From: the human T2T-CHM13v2.0 reference genome, Homo sapiens
Assembly: GCF_009914755.1 (NCBI RefSeq)
Contig: NC_060933.1
Length of the DNA stretch: 64,000 nt
Strand: one strand, 5' to 3'
The notes under the pieces are model-generated. The model had not been told where the DNA came from, did not search any database, and worked only from the letters and a program-made list of their open reading frames with translations. Shown in pieces: positions 39,201 through 51,406 of the stretch. The translations under genes were made by a program, and so were the position numbers. How positions within the stretch are numbered: the stretch's first letter is position 1; every line of letters starts with the position of its first letter.

Positions 39201-41150
39201 CTCTGTGATATTGTTTTTAATATCCAGGGGTTAGAGGATGACATTACTCCCATGATCGTAGTGGGTGTACACCAATTCTGTTTTATTGTTCTTAATATCC
39301 AGGGAGGGAGAGGATGATATTACTGTCACTATCGCAAGGGGTAGACACTCCTTCTTTGATATGGTTCCTAATATCCAGGGGGAAGAGTATGATATTAATC
39401 CCAAAATCGCTGTGGGCATACACCCCTTTTTGATATGGTTCCTAATACACCGGGGGAGAGTCTATGATATTACTGCCCATATCACAGGGTGTGTACACCA
39501 GAACTGCTATATTGTTTCTTATTTCCAGCAATGAAGAAGTTGCTATTACTCCCAAAATGGAATGGGCTGTAAACCCCCCATAAGATATTGTTCCTAATAT
39601 CCAGGGGGAAAAGGATGATATTACTTTCAATGTTGCGGCAGGTGTATAATCTGCCTGTTATATTGTTCCTAACATCTGGGGTGGGGGCGGCGGGGTGAGA
39701 ACGATATTACTCGCAATGTCTCAGAGGGTGTACACTGCCCCTGTGATATTGTTCTAAATATCCACTGGGGTAGAAAATCATATTACTCCCAATATCGCAG
39801 GTGGTGTAAACGCCCCCCGATATTTTTTCTAATATCCAGGTGAGGTAGGATGATATTACTCCCAATATCACAAGCGGTGTACACACCTTCTTTGATATTT
39901 TTCCTACTATTTACTTGTGGAGAGGATGATATTACTCCCAGTATCAAAAGAAGTGTACAAGCCCCCTGTGATATTGTTCCTAATATCCAGGTTAAAAGAG
40001 GATGATATTACCCCCAATATCGCAGGGGGTTGGCTGTACACTCCGCCTGTGATATTATTTCTAATATCCAGGGGAAGAGAGAATAATATTACTCCCAATA
40101 TCGCAGGGGCTGTACGCACCTTGTGATATCGTTCCTAATATCAATGAGGGGAGGAGATGATATTACCCCAAATATCAGAAGAGGTGTACACCTTTCCTGT
40201 GATATTGTTCCTAATCTCCCTTTTGGGAGAGGATGATATTACTCACAATATCGCAGGGGTTATACACTTCCCCTGTGATATTGTTCCTAATATCCAAGTT
40301 GGGAGAGGATGATCTTACTCCCAATATCGCTGGGGGTATACACCCCTTCTGTGATATTGTTCCTAACATCCACAGGGGAAGAGATTAATATTACTCCCAA
40401 TATCCCAGGGGGTGCACGTCCCCACTGTTATATTGTCCCTAATATCAAGCGGTGGAGAAAATGATATTACTCCCAATAGCGCCGTGTGTATACACCGCTC
40501 CTGTGATATTGTCCCTAGTATCCAGGGGCTAAAGATAGATATTACTCCCAATATCCAGGGGATAGAGGTTGATATTAAACCGAATATCACAGTGGGTGTA
40601 CACAACTCCTGTCATATTGTTCCAAATATCCAGGCAGAGAGAGGATAATATTACTCAAAGCATTCCTGGGGGTGTACACAGCCCTCTGTGATATTGTTTC
40701 TAATATACAGAAAGGGAGAGGATGATATTACTCTCAATAAACAGAAGGGTACAATTCCCATGTGATGTTGTTCTGAATATCCAGGGTGAGAGAGGATGAT
40801 ATTACTCCCAACATTGCAAAAGTTGTAAACACCTTCTGTGATGTTGTTCCTAATATCCGGGGGAAAGAGGATGATGTCACTCCCAGGATCGCAGGGGGGT
40901 GTTCACCCCCCTGTGATATTGTTTCTAACATCCAGAGGGGGAGAAGTTGATGTTACTTCAAACATCGCCGGGGGTGTACGCCCCACCTGTGATATTGTAC
41001 TTAATATTTAGCGGGAGAGAGGGAGGTGATATTACCAATAACGTAGGGGAAAGTCAACCCCCTCTCCCCCGCTGGATATTACGAGCCATGTGACAGGGAG
41101 GTGTCCACCCCCCACCATACGGAGAGTAACATCACCCTGCTCTCCCCCCA
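36224..41150. repeat. SATR1/SATR2-type satellite, ~76-bp diverged monomer, inverted arms around an AT-rich core
   Basis: Monomer gatattgttcctaatatccagggggagaggatgatattactcccaatatcgcagggggtgtacaccccctgt (starts at 40201, 40277, 40353); reverse orientation 36224-37170, forward 37590-41040, reverse again 41055-41150. Confidence 0.9.
37170..37590. repeat. AT-rich low-complexity core of the satellite
   Basis: Dense attaat/taatta/aatatt words, very few G/C. Confidence 0.9.
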
Positions 41151-42104
41151 CCTCCAGCTTCTTTCTGCTAAGGTCGCCTTGCCCCTCCAGGTGGCTTTCT
41201 TGGGCAGGGCATAAAAGAAATTACGTGGTTTTCTTGCTCAGATTTGTTCGCAAGTCCACGAGAAATACTCAGGGAGTCTTGCAAAAATCCGGTGTTACAG
41301 CAGCTAAGTCAGCCAGCTAGCCGTGCCCTACAGTTGAGATGGCATGTCATGATTCCCTCTCTTTCACCTGCTGACTCCTCCTCAGCCTTCCGGACTCTGC
41401 TTAGCTGCCTCTTCCTCCAGGTTGTCCGCTCCCGTCCCCACCCTTCCTTACCTGCTCTCCTAATACCATGGGCTGATCCAGCGCAGCATTTGTCACACAT
41501 CTTACAGCTGCCTCTGCCTCCAGTCTGTATCCGGACTCCACGACCTGAAGGTAAGGGCTGCATCTGCCTTGATCATCATTGTATACCTTGCTCCTACAAC
41601 AGCGCCTAACACAGAGTAATTCCTCAGTCAACATTTTCTGGATGGGTGAACAAAAAATAAATCTACACATCAAGTGAAAATTAGGCTGAGCAGAAATGAA
41701 GCAAGTGATAAAGTACAAGAGAAGGTTATACCTGTTATTCTAGGCGTGCTAATTCTAATTTTAGAATTGCTGTGGTTATTTCATGTTACTCTGCCAGGCT
41801 TCAGTGTTAGGCAAGGGCAATTCTCTGTGTAAGCAGGGGATAGCTTTCCTGAAAGGTCCTGTTGGTCCTGGGAAGTGATGGTACATGTGACTCATCCCTC
41901 AAACCAGAAGGCTAAGCTAAACTAGCAGGAGAGCTGCAGCGGGAATCTTCTGGCACGAAAGAAACAGCATGCTCTGTGTACCACCCGTGTGTGACCGGAA
42001 ATAAAGGATGCCCACCATGTGAAGACTGACCAGGACGCAGAGAGAAGGACGTCAGGCAAGATCCCACCCGTGCTTAGGGACATAACATGTTTATTAGCAT
42101 CATT

Positions 42105-42325
42105 AAGTACTAGCTGACATGCATAGAGCATTGAGTATGTGCCAGGCACTGTGCTAAGCACTTCACATACACTATTTCATGGAATCCCCACCGTGGCCCT
42201 ATAAGGTGAAACTTATAAATATCACCATTATATAGATGGGGAAATTGAGGCTTGGAGAGGTTAAGTTGTTTGCCTGAGGTCACAAAGCTGGTAAGCAGCA
42301 GAGCTGGAATCCAAACCAACAGAAA
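42105..42325. mobile_element. MIR
   Basis: tatgtgccaggcactgtgctaagcacttcacat...atagatggggaaattgaggcttggagaggttaag. Confidence 0.85.
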
Positions 42326-43988
42326 TTCCATCTAGATACCCGACTCCTCACTGCCGTCTATCCTTGGAAACTAGACTAGTCTCCAAGGAAACATGAATCT
42401 ACATTTTCTTTCAACTAATAAGAGCTCTTTCCTTACAGTAATTATTTAAATAGTTTTAATAAAAATTTAAAACCTATTTCAAGATTAAAGTTTCAAAGCC
42501 ATCAAACATCAAATATATATGAAAATACATTTGTATACATTATAAACAGATATATGACGTGACATGAAGTGCTGGATCCAGTGCATCAGAAAATACACGC
42601 AAATATAAAATACCCGACAGCATTATATAAAACATCAGCTGCTTGCCAAATCGGCATTAAATACTTAAGCACTGTGACCTGTTGCTTAAAGTATTACAAA
42701 TCCAGCCTTATCTAAAAATCTCTATTTGTCCTAGGAAACTAATACTTTTTAAAAACAATAATTTGGTAATTTTAATAATATTTAGAACTATCTAAACTTA
42801 AAGCCTATATATTTACCACCATTTTACATGCTTACCAGTATTACAGACACAATAAATTTTATCAGGTATTTTTGATAATGTGCTAGGAATTGTTTGAAAT
42901 ATAAAGAAGAATAAGATTTCGTTTTCACCATCTCAGAGATTCCAGATAGTGGTGGACACAGAGACCCGTGAAAATAACTGCAGGATGAAATAGACGAAAT
43001 TGTAGAAGCCCATGTACCTTGGAAAAATGGACATAGACATGGAAATTTTATTTCATATGCATACTCGTTAAAGAAAGAAGAAGCCTACAAAAGTTAGCTA
43101 CCTTTGGTTTTTATTACTTATGTCTTACACTCAAGTGAACTTTTTTCTGTCTAATCTAATATCATTCAAATCCTGAGTCCTTTTAATTAAGTTATCCTAA
43201 AATGAATTTTCATGAACACAGAATTTGTGCTATTACTCTCTCTGCACCTCATGGATATTACCACATTTTAGATTTTATGTTTTAAAACATAAAACAATAT
43301 AAAACCTAAAGTTTTAACATAAAATGTCTTTGGATCTTCAACTAAAATACTAAAGATATAAAAAACTTTATTCTCCTCAAGACAAAACTAGATTTAAAAT
43401 TGTCAATGAAATAGTTGATTGATCATTTATATTTCTATAAATATATGGAAAATAATCTATTTTTTAATTGTAAGACATTACAATTTTAGATTGTATTTGC
43501 ATTTAGGAAAATTTCACATAATCTTTACCAGATCCATGCTTACTCTGATAAAAATTTGTTTTTTCAATAGTTGATTCTTCAAAATATCTTGACTAATCCT
43601 TCTCCCTCTACAAACAATATTATTATTTGCCAATATTCAAAAGTCTGAATAAACGACCTTATCCCTGGGAATATCTTGCCAAAAAACTATTACCTGCAGC
43701 TACAAAGTCCAGAATGTCAACTTCTTCAGAACAAACCGTTCAGTTTCTCCCATAAAAAATGCAAGGGAAACAAAAAAAGAGGATTGAGGAAATCTAAAAG
43801 AGATATAATAGCCCATATCAACCAAACACAATACGTAACCCTTATTAGCATTCTAATTCAAACCGACCAACTAAACAAAAAGTTTTTAGACAATTGAAGA
43901 TATTTAAATATTGCCTGGATAAACCGATGCTATTAATGGATTATTTAGGTGTGATAATGGTATTGTGGTTACGTTGATGGGAATCTTC

Positions 43989-44110
43989 TTTTTTATAAAT
44001 GGGGTCTTGCTATGTTGCTCAGGGTGGTCTTGAACTCCTGGCCTAAAGTGATCCTCCAACCTCTGCCTCCCAAAGAGCTGGGATTACAGGGAGGAGCCAC
44101 TGCACCCAGT
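43989..44110 (-). mobile_element. FLAM / Alu monomer
   Basis: ggggtcttgctatgttgctcagggtggtcttgaactcctggcc...ctgggattacagg. Confidence 0.85.
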
Positions 44111-45249
44111 CTCATTGATGGAATTATTATCTTTTAGAGAAATATTCAAAAATACAATACAATGATAGACTATCTGGGATTTGATTCAAAATAATTCAGT
44201 GGGGAGAGGACTGTCAGCAGATAAAGAAGACACAAGGTTGGCCCAGAGGAGAAGTACACACAGGTTAATTATACTAATCTCTTTATAAACATTGTTTGAA
44301 ATATGACATAATGTATCCTATACAACTGATACCTTGAGTAACACAATAATAGTCCCCTTAATTTTAGGAACTACTGGTCATAAATATGCCCTTACATATA
44401 GACATCTCCTCTATACATAGCAAAATCACATTATTTGACAAAAAGGAAATCTCTTAGGTTACGTTTAATCTTATTGTTCTCTTTGCCTGGATTTGGGAAT
44501 AGAAACTGCTTCACTGGCTAAGTAAATCATAACTGTCCCAAAATATTCTTAATTACTGATTTCAATAAACATATCCCTTCGTTCTAAGAACAATTAAGAA
44601 AATGAAGTTTATGTTCAGGTAAACCTGACAATGTTAAGGTAGTTGAGTAACAGGGAAGGAATGATTAACTGAATTTCCTACTGGATTCTCAAATCCTTTT
44701 TCTTTTTCTACTCTAATGTTTCCTTTGGATGGGGCGAATTCTAGTATTGTTAGCGATCACCTATGTAACTTTTTTGCAGGTGGTGTAAATGGAATCAATG
44801 AATGCTTAAAACCAATTAAAAATAATTTCAGTGATTACATGAAAACACAGCTAGAAAAACTAAAGTATTTTTGTAGAGATTACGAGAGGGTTACATTAAC
44901 AATCAGAATAAGGTTACTATTTAGACTGTAATCAGGTGTCAATGTGGAAGGAAATTTCCGAGCATTTTTCCGGAAGGCTGGGGAGGAGTGGGAATCCCGA
45001 CTCCCCACACTTCCCACACAACGTGGTGAAGGACAGGTGCCAACTCAGAAGCCGCCGTTTGCTCAATGTCCCCGCCAGCCTTGTCGGTCCTTACCGCCGT
45101 TTGACTCCACTGTTTTTCTCGTGGTTTCTGCTGCTTCTCTAAATTGTCCAACGACCGTTATTCAGTAAAAATGAATGAAACGGGGCCGTGTGATCTAGGC
45201 AGCCTGGAGATGAGATTTTGGAATCATAAGCTACATTCCAACGTATAAA

Positions 45250-47400
45250 CCGATTTTACTCGTTTTGGATACTCGATGTACGCGGAATGGGCGCTGTAAA
45301 ATGCGGCTGCCCCGCCGGAGGCATCTGCTTGGGACTTGCTGGCAGCCGCCGGTCCCCTCTGCTTGCGACCCTCGGCCCAGCCGCCGGGACCCTGGTGCAC
45401 CTGTTCCTGGGCGTCCTCTCTACTCCCCAGTGGCCGCCAGCTCCACTCCCAGCCTGTGGCCCCGGACCCGCCGGCCTGAGCGTTCGCAGAGGGCCGGTCG
45501 TCGCCACAGCCCCGCGTCCCGGCCCCCGCGCCCCTTGGACCTTCGCCCCAGGCCGGCGCAGCCCAGCTTCCCGGGCAGGCTCCACGCTACCGGGGTCCAG
45601 TGCGCGGCGACGAAGCGGAGAGCTGTGTCCAGACTCCGGAGAGAAACTCCGGCTCCGCGGGGCGGCGCGGGGCGGCGCGGGGCCCGGAGCTGCCCAACTC
45701 CGCCGCCTCGGGAAGGCGGCTTCGGGCCCGCAGGGAGCCCCGGGGAGGGTTCCCGGTTCCGCCGGCAGCGGCGTCGAGGGGTGCCTGGGCTCCTGGGGAC
45801 CGCGAGAGGAAAAAGAACGGAAATCGCACCGGGGAGGAAGGACGCGCAGAACGCCCCCGTGAAGCGGGGTGCTCCGGTCAGGCGTGCGCGGGAGCGCGGT
45901 CCGGGGGAGTCCGGCGGCGCCGTCGCGCGCACTCGGCAGAGGCTTCGCGGGAGAACGCGCAGCCCGGGGCGTGGGGCGGGGAACTGCCCGCGCGAGGCTT
46001 TCGGCGCGTCTGGGTCTCGGCGAGAGCAAAGCGCGTCCTGGCACCGGGGGCGGCGGCGCAGAGGCCGGGAGGAAGAAATCCGGGCCCTGGCCCAGGTCGG
46101 GCTTCCACCCCTGCGACCCGCGAGAGGCCCAGGCGGGAAAGGCGGCGAGTGGCGTCAGCGGTTCCGAAAGCAAACCTGGCCCGGTGCTACTGCCCGAGGG
46201 TCGCCGGGCGCGTTTCCTAATTCCCCCGAGTCTGGAAAACGGAGACTTCCGTAGCGTCTTCTTCAGTGCGTGCTGCGAGTGCTGAAGGAGGACCCGGTGC
46301 CTGGACGACCCGGAGCAGGGGAAGCACTCGGCCGACGCTGTCGCTGTCATCGGCGTCATTGGCGGGCAGGACAGTGGGGCGGGTAAGGGGCCTCCCCGCG
46401 CCTCCCGGCCCTTCGCGCTCGGCGCCAGCTCTTTGGCTCCCTTCCCTGCGCAGCTCTAGGCTTAGCTCTCAGCCATTTCTCAAGAAGACGATCCCGAGGG
46501 TCGAAGGCCGCCCTTGACCCTTGACCACGGACTCTCCGTGTAACTCGGAAGAGCCGTGATTTTAAAACCCGGCCTCGGGGTTACAGAAGCCCGAGATCTG
46601 GGAGGCGTCCGGGACCTCCCTCCCAGAACCGCAGGGACCCGGCCTGGGATCCAGGGTGTGGCCTCTCGCTCTGCGCGGTCGGGAAGGCGGCCGGGTCCGG
46701 TCACCGCGCCAAGCACTGCGCACCCCTGGGACGCGTCGTTGCGGGGGGCTGGGGGGCTGGGGCGCCTCCACGACGCCTGGTCTGCCCGGCCAGTGCTTGG
46801 TGTCGTTGGTGGGTTCGTGGCTGCGACGGGTAAACGTCCGTTCCGCGAGCCGGGCAAGGCAACCCCTGCGGGTCGCGCCCGAAGGCCGGACCCCTCCAAG
46901 CCGCCTGGGAGCTTCCAAACAGGTGGACCCGAAGCTCCTGTTTGATCGGAGAATAACGTTCAATTTACTCCGCCGCTGAACTGATGGTTTAAATATTCAT
47001 CTTTGGATATGGTTTCACATTAGGCAAAAGTTAGGAGCTTGGAGGCGGTTCCGGGAAGGGGCCTGACCCTCAGTCACCCACGTTCGTAGCCGGGTGATCT
47101 GCCCTCGGGCAAGAGAAGGAAGATGATTGGGAGGGTGCCAAGAAAGCCTGGAGAAAGTCCCTTCTGGGTTCAGCGGCTGTAGCCGCTCTCCCAGGACGTT
47201 TGTTGGCAATAAATGAAGGAAGGTCGGCCCGGAGACGTTTTCGCACAACGGACAGAGGGGAGTTGGAGCGTAAACCAGCGAGAAGCTGGCATGACATAGG
47301 ATCCCTCTATTCTCAGTTTGTTTCCAAACTCTTAGACTGCCCCAGCCCTGCCGGATTTGCTAAAAGTGGTCTCTTCTGGACGCCGGTGGGGCTATGGGGC
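45250..47400. promoter_or_regulatory. CpG island downstream of FOXD4 (non-coding; possible lncRNA promoter or Polycomb-type element)
   Basis: About 2 kb of high GC/CpG with GC boxes and G-tracts; overlapping ORFs are low-complexity and show no recognisable domain. Confidence 0.85.
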
Positions 47401-47953
47401 TGACGGCTGCCTGTGCAAAGAAGAGGGAAGAATTGGAAGCTGGGGTCTGGGCAGCTACCAAAGATGGGGCTTGGGAACTTTTCAGAACGTCCTCAGAACC
47501 GCAGGAGCCAAGAGGAAATCTCCCGTAGGGGATCTCAGGTAGGGCATGCCAAGAAATTCCAAGAGACGGGATGGAGAAGAGAAGCCGGAGAAAAATCGGC
47601 CAATTAGACTCCTGTAAAAATGTGTCTCCATGTTTGTCCTCCCTCCTGAAATAAGAAATTCATAGCTGGGGGTGGGGAGTAGATGGGGGCTGGGGGAAAA
47701 ACTTTCTCACATTCACAGAGCAGCTTCCCTCAAAGCGGCACGGAATCGGGAACCCCACTCGGGACAGGGGAAAACGGCCAAGTTCCTAGAAATTTGTTTT
47801 CTTTGTGGGGAGCAATTCATGATGGGCGTTCTTGTCTGGTTTCCCCCCACTCCGTCCCCTGACGCCGAGTAACACTTAAACCTTTCTAGTTGCAAAGTCT
47901 TTTCAGAGTTTTTTTTTTAGGAAATAAGTTTTGAAAATTCTAGTGCTTAAAAA

Positions 47954-47957
<4 letters not shown>

Positions 47958-47999
<42 letters not shown>
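47958..47999. repeat. (TA)n microsatellite
   Basis: Direct reading. Confidence 0.97.
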
Positions 48000-48005
<6 letters not shown>

Positions 48006-48371
48006 TTATAGCCTTTTATTTTCCCTGAGTACATGTTGGCCACTACATTCCAAATTGATCTCAAATGGTTTTCCAGCTTGTTGGGGGGTGAGGAAAAATA
48101 AATGGAGAATATATTTACATGCCCTCCTATTCATTCTTTTAGAAGTCTCATAAATAGTAAATTTCCTATTTTAAAAGCCAGGACATTTTCAACCTCAAAT
48201 ATTTGGAATTTTTAAAGGCCATATTAAAATGGATTACTTCTGCTATCTATAATAAATATGAATTGTGAAAATAAATTGAGGGAAAATAATGTAGGTTTTA
48301 AAAAGTTCCATTTAGAAAGGGAAGAATGAGACGTAATAGAAAATAAACGATGTAGTGTAGTGACTTAGCAT

Positions 48372-48377
48372 TTTATT
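48372..48377 (-). terminator. Candidate FOXD4 poly(A) signal AATAAA
   Basis: tttatt on + strand, ~550 nt past the stop codon. Confidence 0.55.
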
Positions 48378-48921
48378 TCGTCTATATAACTAGGCTTAAT
48401 TTTAACACCTTAATTTTAACATTAAAGATGGCACGTCAGACACACAGATAAGAAATCAATGTTCTGAAATTAATATCCTACTTACATTAAACATCCCTAT
48501 CAGGAAGACACAGAGAGTAGAAGCATTTTGCACTAGACTTAGGAATAATACTTCCAGTTCCAAGGAAGTGAAGAAGGGGGAACATGTTTGGCATCGGAGG
48601 CTGTGTTTTTGTTTGCTTGCTTGTTTTTCTTTTAATGCCAGAACAAAATACCCCACTCACGTTCATAGTACCCCAGGACATGTGCAAATCGGGAAAGCCA
48701 CAGAAGCCACAACCGAAGGCAAGAAAAGATGACTTGACGCCCTGCGAAGGTTACGTTCAGGTGGTTTTTAGAGGAACGTAATCCAGCTGTTTCTTTCTAA
48801 CCATTTTGCAGGGAACAGAAGTTCGTGTTTGCTCTCCAGCGGGATTCAGATGCACACGCCCAGTATGGGCCGCGCAAGGTGGAGTGAGCAGCTGCGGGTC
48901 GCTCCCCACTCCCACCTGGCT

Positions 48922-50241
48922 CTAGGAGGGCCCTGCGGACTCGGCCAGGGAACTGGGCGTGGGCGATACTAAAAAAACTGGTGAGGTCCCCTCTCCGCCC
49001 AAAGGGGCGGCCAGCGATGTCAGCCCAGAGCCCTCTGCCACCGCCTGATACCGCAGCAGCGCCGACGCGGCCGACAGGTGCCCGCCCAGCACCGCGCCCT
49101 TGGTGGGAGCGCAGCCGTTGGCGCAGTCCTCCTCCTGATGCCGCTGCTGTTGCTGCAAAATTGTCCGACAGGCTTGACGGTCGCTGGAGCAGGGGGCAGT
49201 AGCTCCACGCGGTCGGGGACAAACTCTGCGCAGCCCCTGTACCCGCTCCCCTGACCCCTTGCATGATACTCTCAATGCTGAAAGAGATGCATCCGCCTCC
49301 CGGTGGCGACGCCAGACCCTTGCCCTCCTCCCAAGGCTGAGGACCAAGTGAGGGCTGCAGCACGGGAAGGGTGCCGGGGTCGCCAGGTCCGCGCCTTCTG
49401 CTTTCTTCGGTGCCCCGGCATAGGCGGGGGCCGAGAGCAGTAGGTAGCGAGGAGGATGCGGGTGCAGCAGAGCGTAAGGGCGTCTCCCGGGGCCGGTGTT
49501 GGGGTAGGCCCCCGGGACTGGCTGCGGCGGGGCAGGGGCCCCAAGCAGAGGGCCTGGGCGGGGGTTGTGCAGGGCGGCGTGTGCAGCAGGTAGAGGGAAG
49601 GGGTGGGGCAGGTGGGCTCCCGGGGTCGGTTGGTGGCGCTGGAAACGCTTCCTACGCCGGAGAAAGCTGCCATTGTCGAACATGTCCTGGGAGGCGGGGT
49701 CCAGGCTCCAGTAGTTGCCCTTGCCTGGGCGGCCCGGCTCGCGGGGGATCTTGACGAAGCAGTCGTTCAGCGAGAGGTTGTGGCGGATGCTGTTCTGCCA
49801 GGCGGGGAACTTGCGGCGGTAGTAGGGGAAGCGGTCACTAATGAAGGCGCAGATGCCGCTGAGCGTGAGGCGCTTGTGCGGGCTTTGCAGGATGGCCATG
49901 GTGATGAGCGCGATGTACGAGGAGGGGGGCTTTGCCGGCTGCCGGGCATCTTCAGAGGCCGCCGCAGACCTTGGCGGTGCCCTGAACTCGGTGCCAAACT
50001 CTGAGGGGTCGCTCGGGCCGCCGCCGCCCTCGATGTGCTCTCGGGGAAGCGCAACCCCGCCCCACCGGGCCACCTGCAGCCCCGGCTGGAGCGACTGCTC
50101 TAGGAACTGCTGGCTCGCCGCCTCCTCCTCGTCTTCATCTTCCTCCTCTCCCAGGACATCGATTTTACCGTCTTCCCCATCGGAGTCCCGGAGGCTGCGC
50201 TGCGGTGTGGAGCGAAGGCGCTCAGCTCTTGGCAAGTTCAT
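48922..50241 (-). CDS. FOXD4: Forkhead box protein D4, intronless, 439 aa
   Basis: Acidic [12 protein letters not shown]-terminus; forkhead domain ~49642-49932 ([10 protein letters not shown]...[17 protein letters not shown]...FLRRRKRF); 439-aa length and ...[10 protein letters not shown] end fit FOXD4 rather than the shorter FOXD4L paralogs. Confidence 0.95.
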   Translation of the reverse strand: MNLPRAERLRSTPQRSLRDSDGEDGKIDVLGEEEDEDEEEAASQQFLEQSLQPGLQVARWGGVALPREHIEGGGGPSDPSEFGTEFRAPPRSAAASEDARQPAKPPSSYIALITMAILQSPHKRLTLSGICAFISDRFPYYRRKFPAWQNSIRHNLSLNDCFVKIPREPGRPGKGNYWSLDPASQDMFDNGSFLRRRKRFQRHQPTPGAHLPHPFPLPAAHAALHNPRPGPLLGAPAPPQPVPGAYPNTGPGRRPYALLHPHPPRYLLLSAPAYAGAPKKAEGADLATPAPFPCCSPHLVLSLGRRARVWRRHREADASLSALRVSCKGSGERVQGLRRVCPRPRGATAPCSSDRQACRTILQQQQRHQEEDCANGCAPTKGAVLGGHLSAASALLRYQAVAEGSGLTSLAAPLGGEGTSPVFLVSPTPSSLAESAGPS

Positions 50242-50800
50242 GGCGGAGCAGGTGCTTCAGTCGCAGGGGATGTGGCGGCCGGATCACCTGGCCCGGGGCG
50301 GGCTGAGCTGGAAGCCCGGGATGAATGTTGCAAGAAGCAGGAACGCTAGTGGTTACCCTTTGGGATGTTTTCCTCTGCTTGTTTCTACGCCTTTGCAACA
50401 ACGTCCGGCAAAGATGCCTTCGCCTTTTATAAAAGCTTCTTCAAGACCATGTGTGGTGGACGCCTCCCTTTATAACCCTTCTTCCCCTACCTCGGAGCGG
50501 TGCCACTTCCTCCTAACGTAGTCCAGGGATGATGGTCTTCCGGGCAAACACCGTCCGGAGAAAAGCCCAGCCCCCTCCTCCTCGCACCCACCTGCCACCA
50601 AGGAAGATGCTCTACTCATCCGGTGCAGCCAGACAGTAGGCAAGCCTTTGCACGGGTTCTGTTAAGGCGCATTTAAACCCGCGCAAATAAAAGCGAGGTA
50701 GGAAAGTAGGATACTCAACATTCTACGACCACCTCGACATGCAGCCTTCCCGCCTGGAGAAAAGAAATGGTGGGGCAGGAGGCTGAAATGTACACGGTTG
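50242..50800 (-). promoter_or_regulatory. FOXD4 5' UTR / proximal promoter
   Basis: Kozak gccATG; palindromic ttttataaaa 50425-50434 and a second tttataaa ~50469; GC box ggggcggg ~50295. Confidence 0.6.
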
Positions 50801-51406
50801 TTTGTAAAGGAATGTGTAACCGTGAAAGTATGTTTTTGTGTTTCACAGCTGGTAATCACCCATTTTCATTGGTAGAGTCTGTCCTTACCCAGAATGGTGA
50901 GCTGAATTATATTTAAGGTTCTGACAATATTCCCAGGCTTCAGGGCTCCTTCTACCTTCCTTCCCACCTCCCCAAGATGCTCTCCCTGACTCAAATTTTC
51001 AGAAAAGTTTCAAATGTCCCAGCACTAAATTGTGTAAGTTTATTCAGGGAAGGCAGGAGAGCTCACACGGAGTCCTCTGTCCCCTTGTAGCAATGGTTCT
51101 CCAATTTCTTTGAATATTTAACCACAGAAATACATTTTATATCACAATCTTACACATACAGACATAATACATAACTAAGATGGCTTTCACGAAACAATAT
51201 ACTTACACTATAGTGATCACTGATATTTCCTTTTAAAAAAAAATGGCCATAACCAACTAAATTGATTTCACACATACCAGTATGGGCCCAGTTTGAAAAA
51301 TCCTGTTCTTACAAAGTGGCCCCACATACAAGAAATGCACCCACTCTATAAGGGCTTCTCTCTCTCCCTTTCCTCCTTCCTTTCTTCATCCTTTATAACC
51401 AATTCA

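Noticed and set aside
36378-40931. Repetitive ORFs (GVISS/LDIRNNIT motifs) as a repeat protein
   Set aside because: Translation of the 76-bp satellite; the period is not a multiple of 3 and frames break constantly
36224-41150. CRISPR-like array (palindromic repeats at regular spacing)
   Set aside because: No unique spacers, monomers are contiguous and diverged, no cas genes, human context; it is a satellite
45256-46979. Long overlapping ORFs (367, 329, 206 aa etc.)
   Set aside because: Open in many frames on both strands, low complexity, no domain; CpG-island artefact
48797-49363. 188-aa ORF as a separate gene
   Set aside because: It is the displaced eh1-containing frame of FOXD4 and starts at a non-ATG codon
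48922-50241. Assignment to FOXD4L1 or FOXD4L3-L6
   Set aside because: Length (439 aa), C-terminus and the adjacent ...[14 protein letters not shown]1 variant fit FOXD4/ZNG1A as recalled
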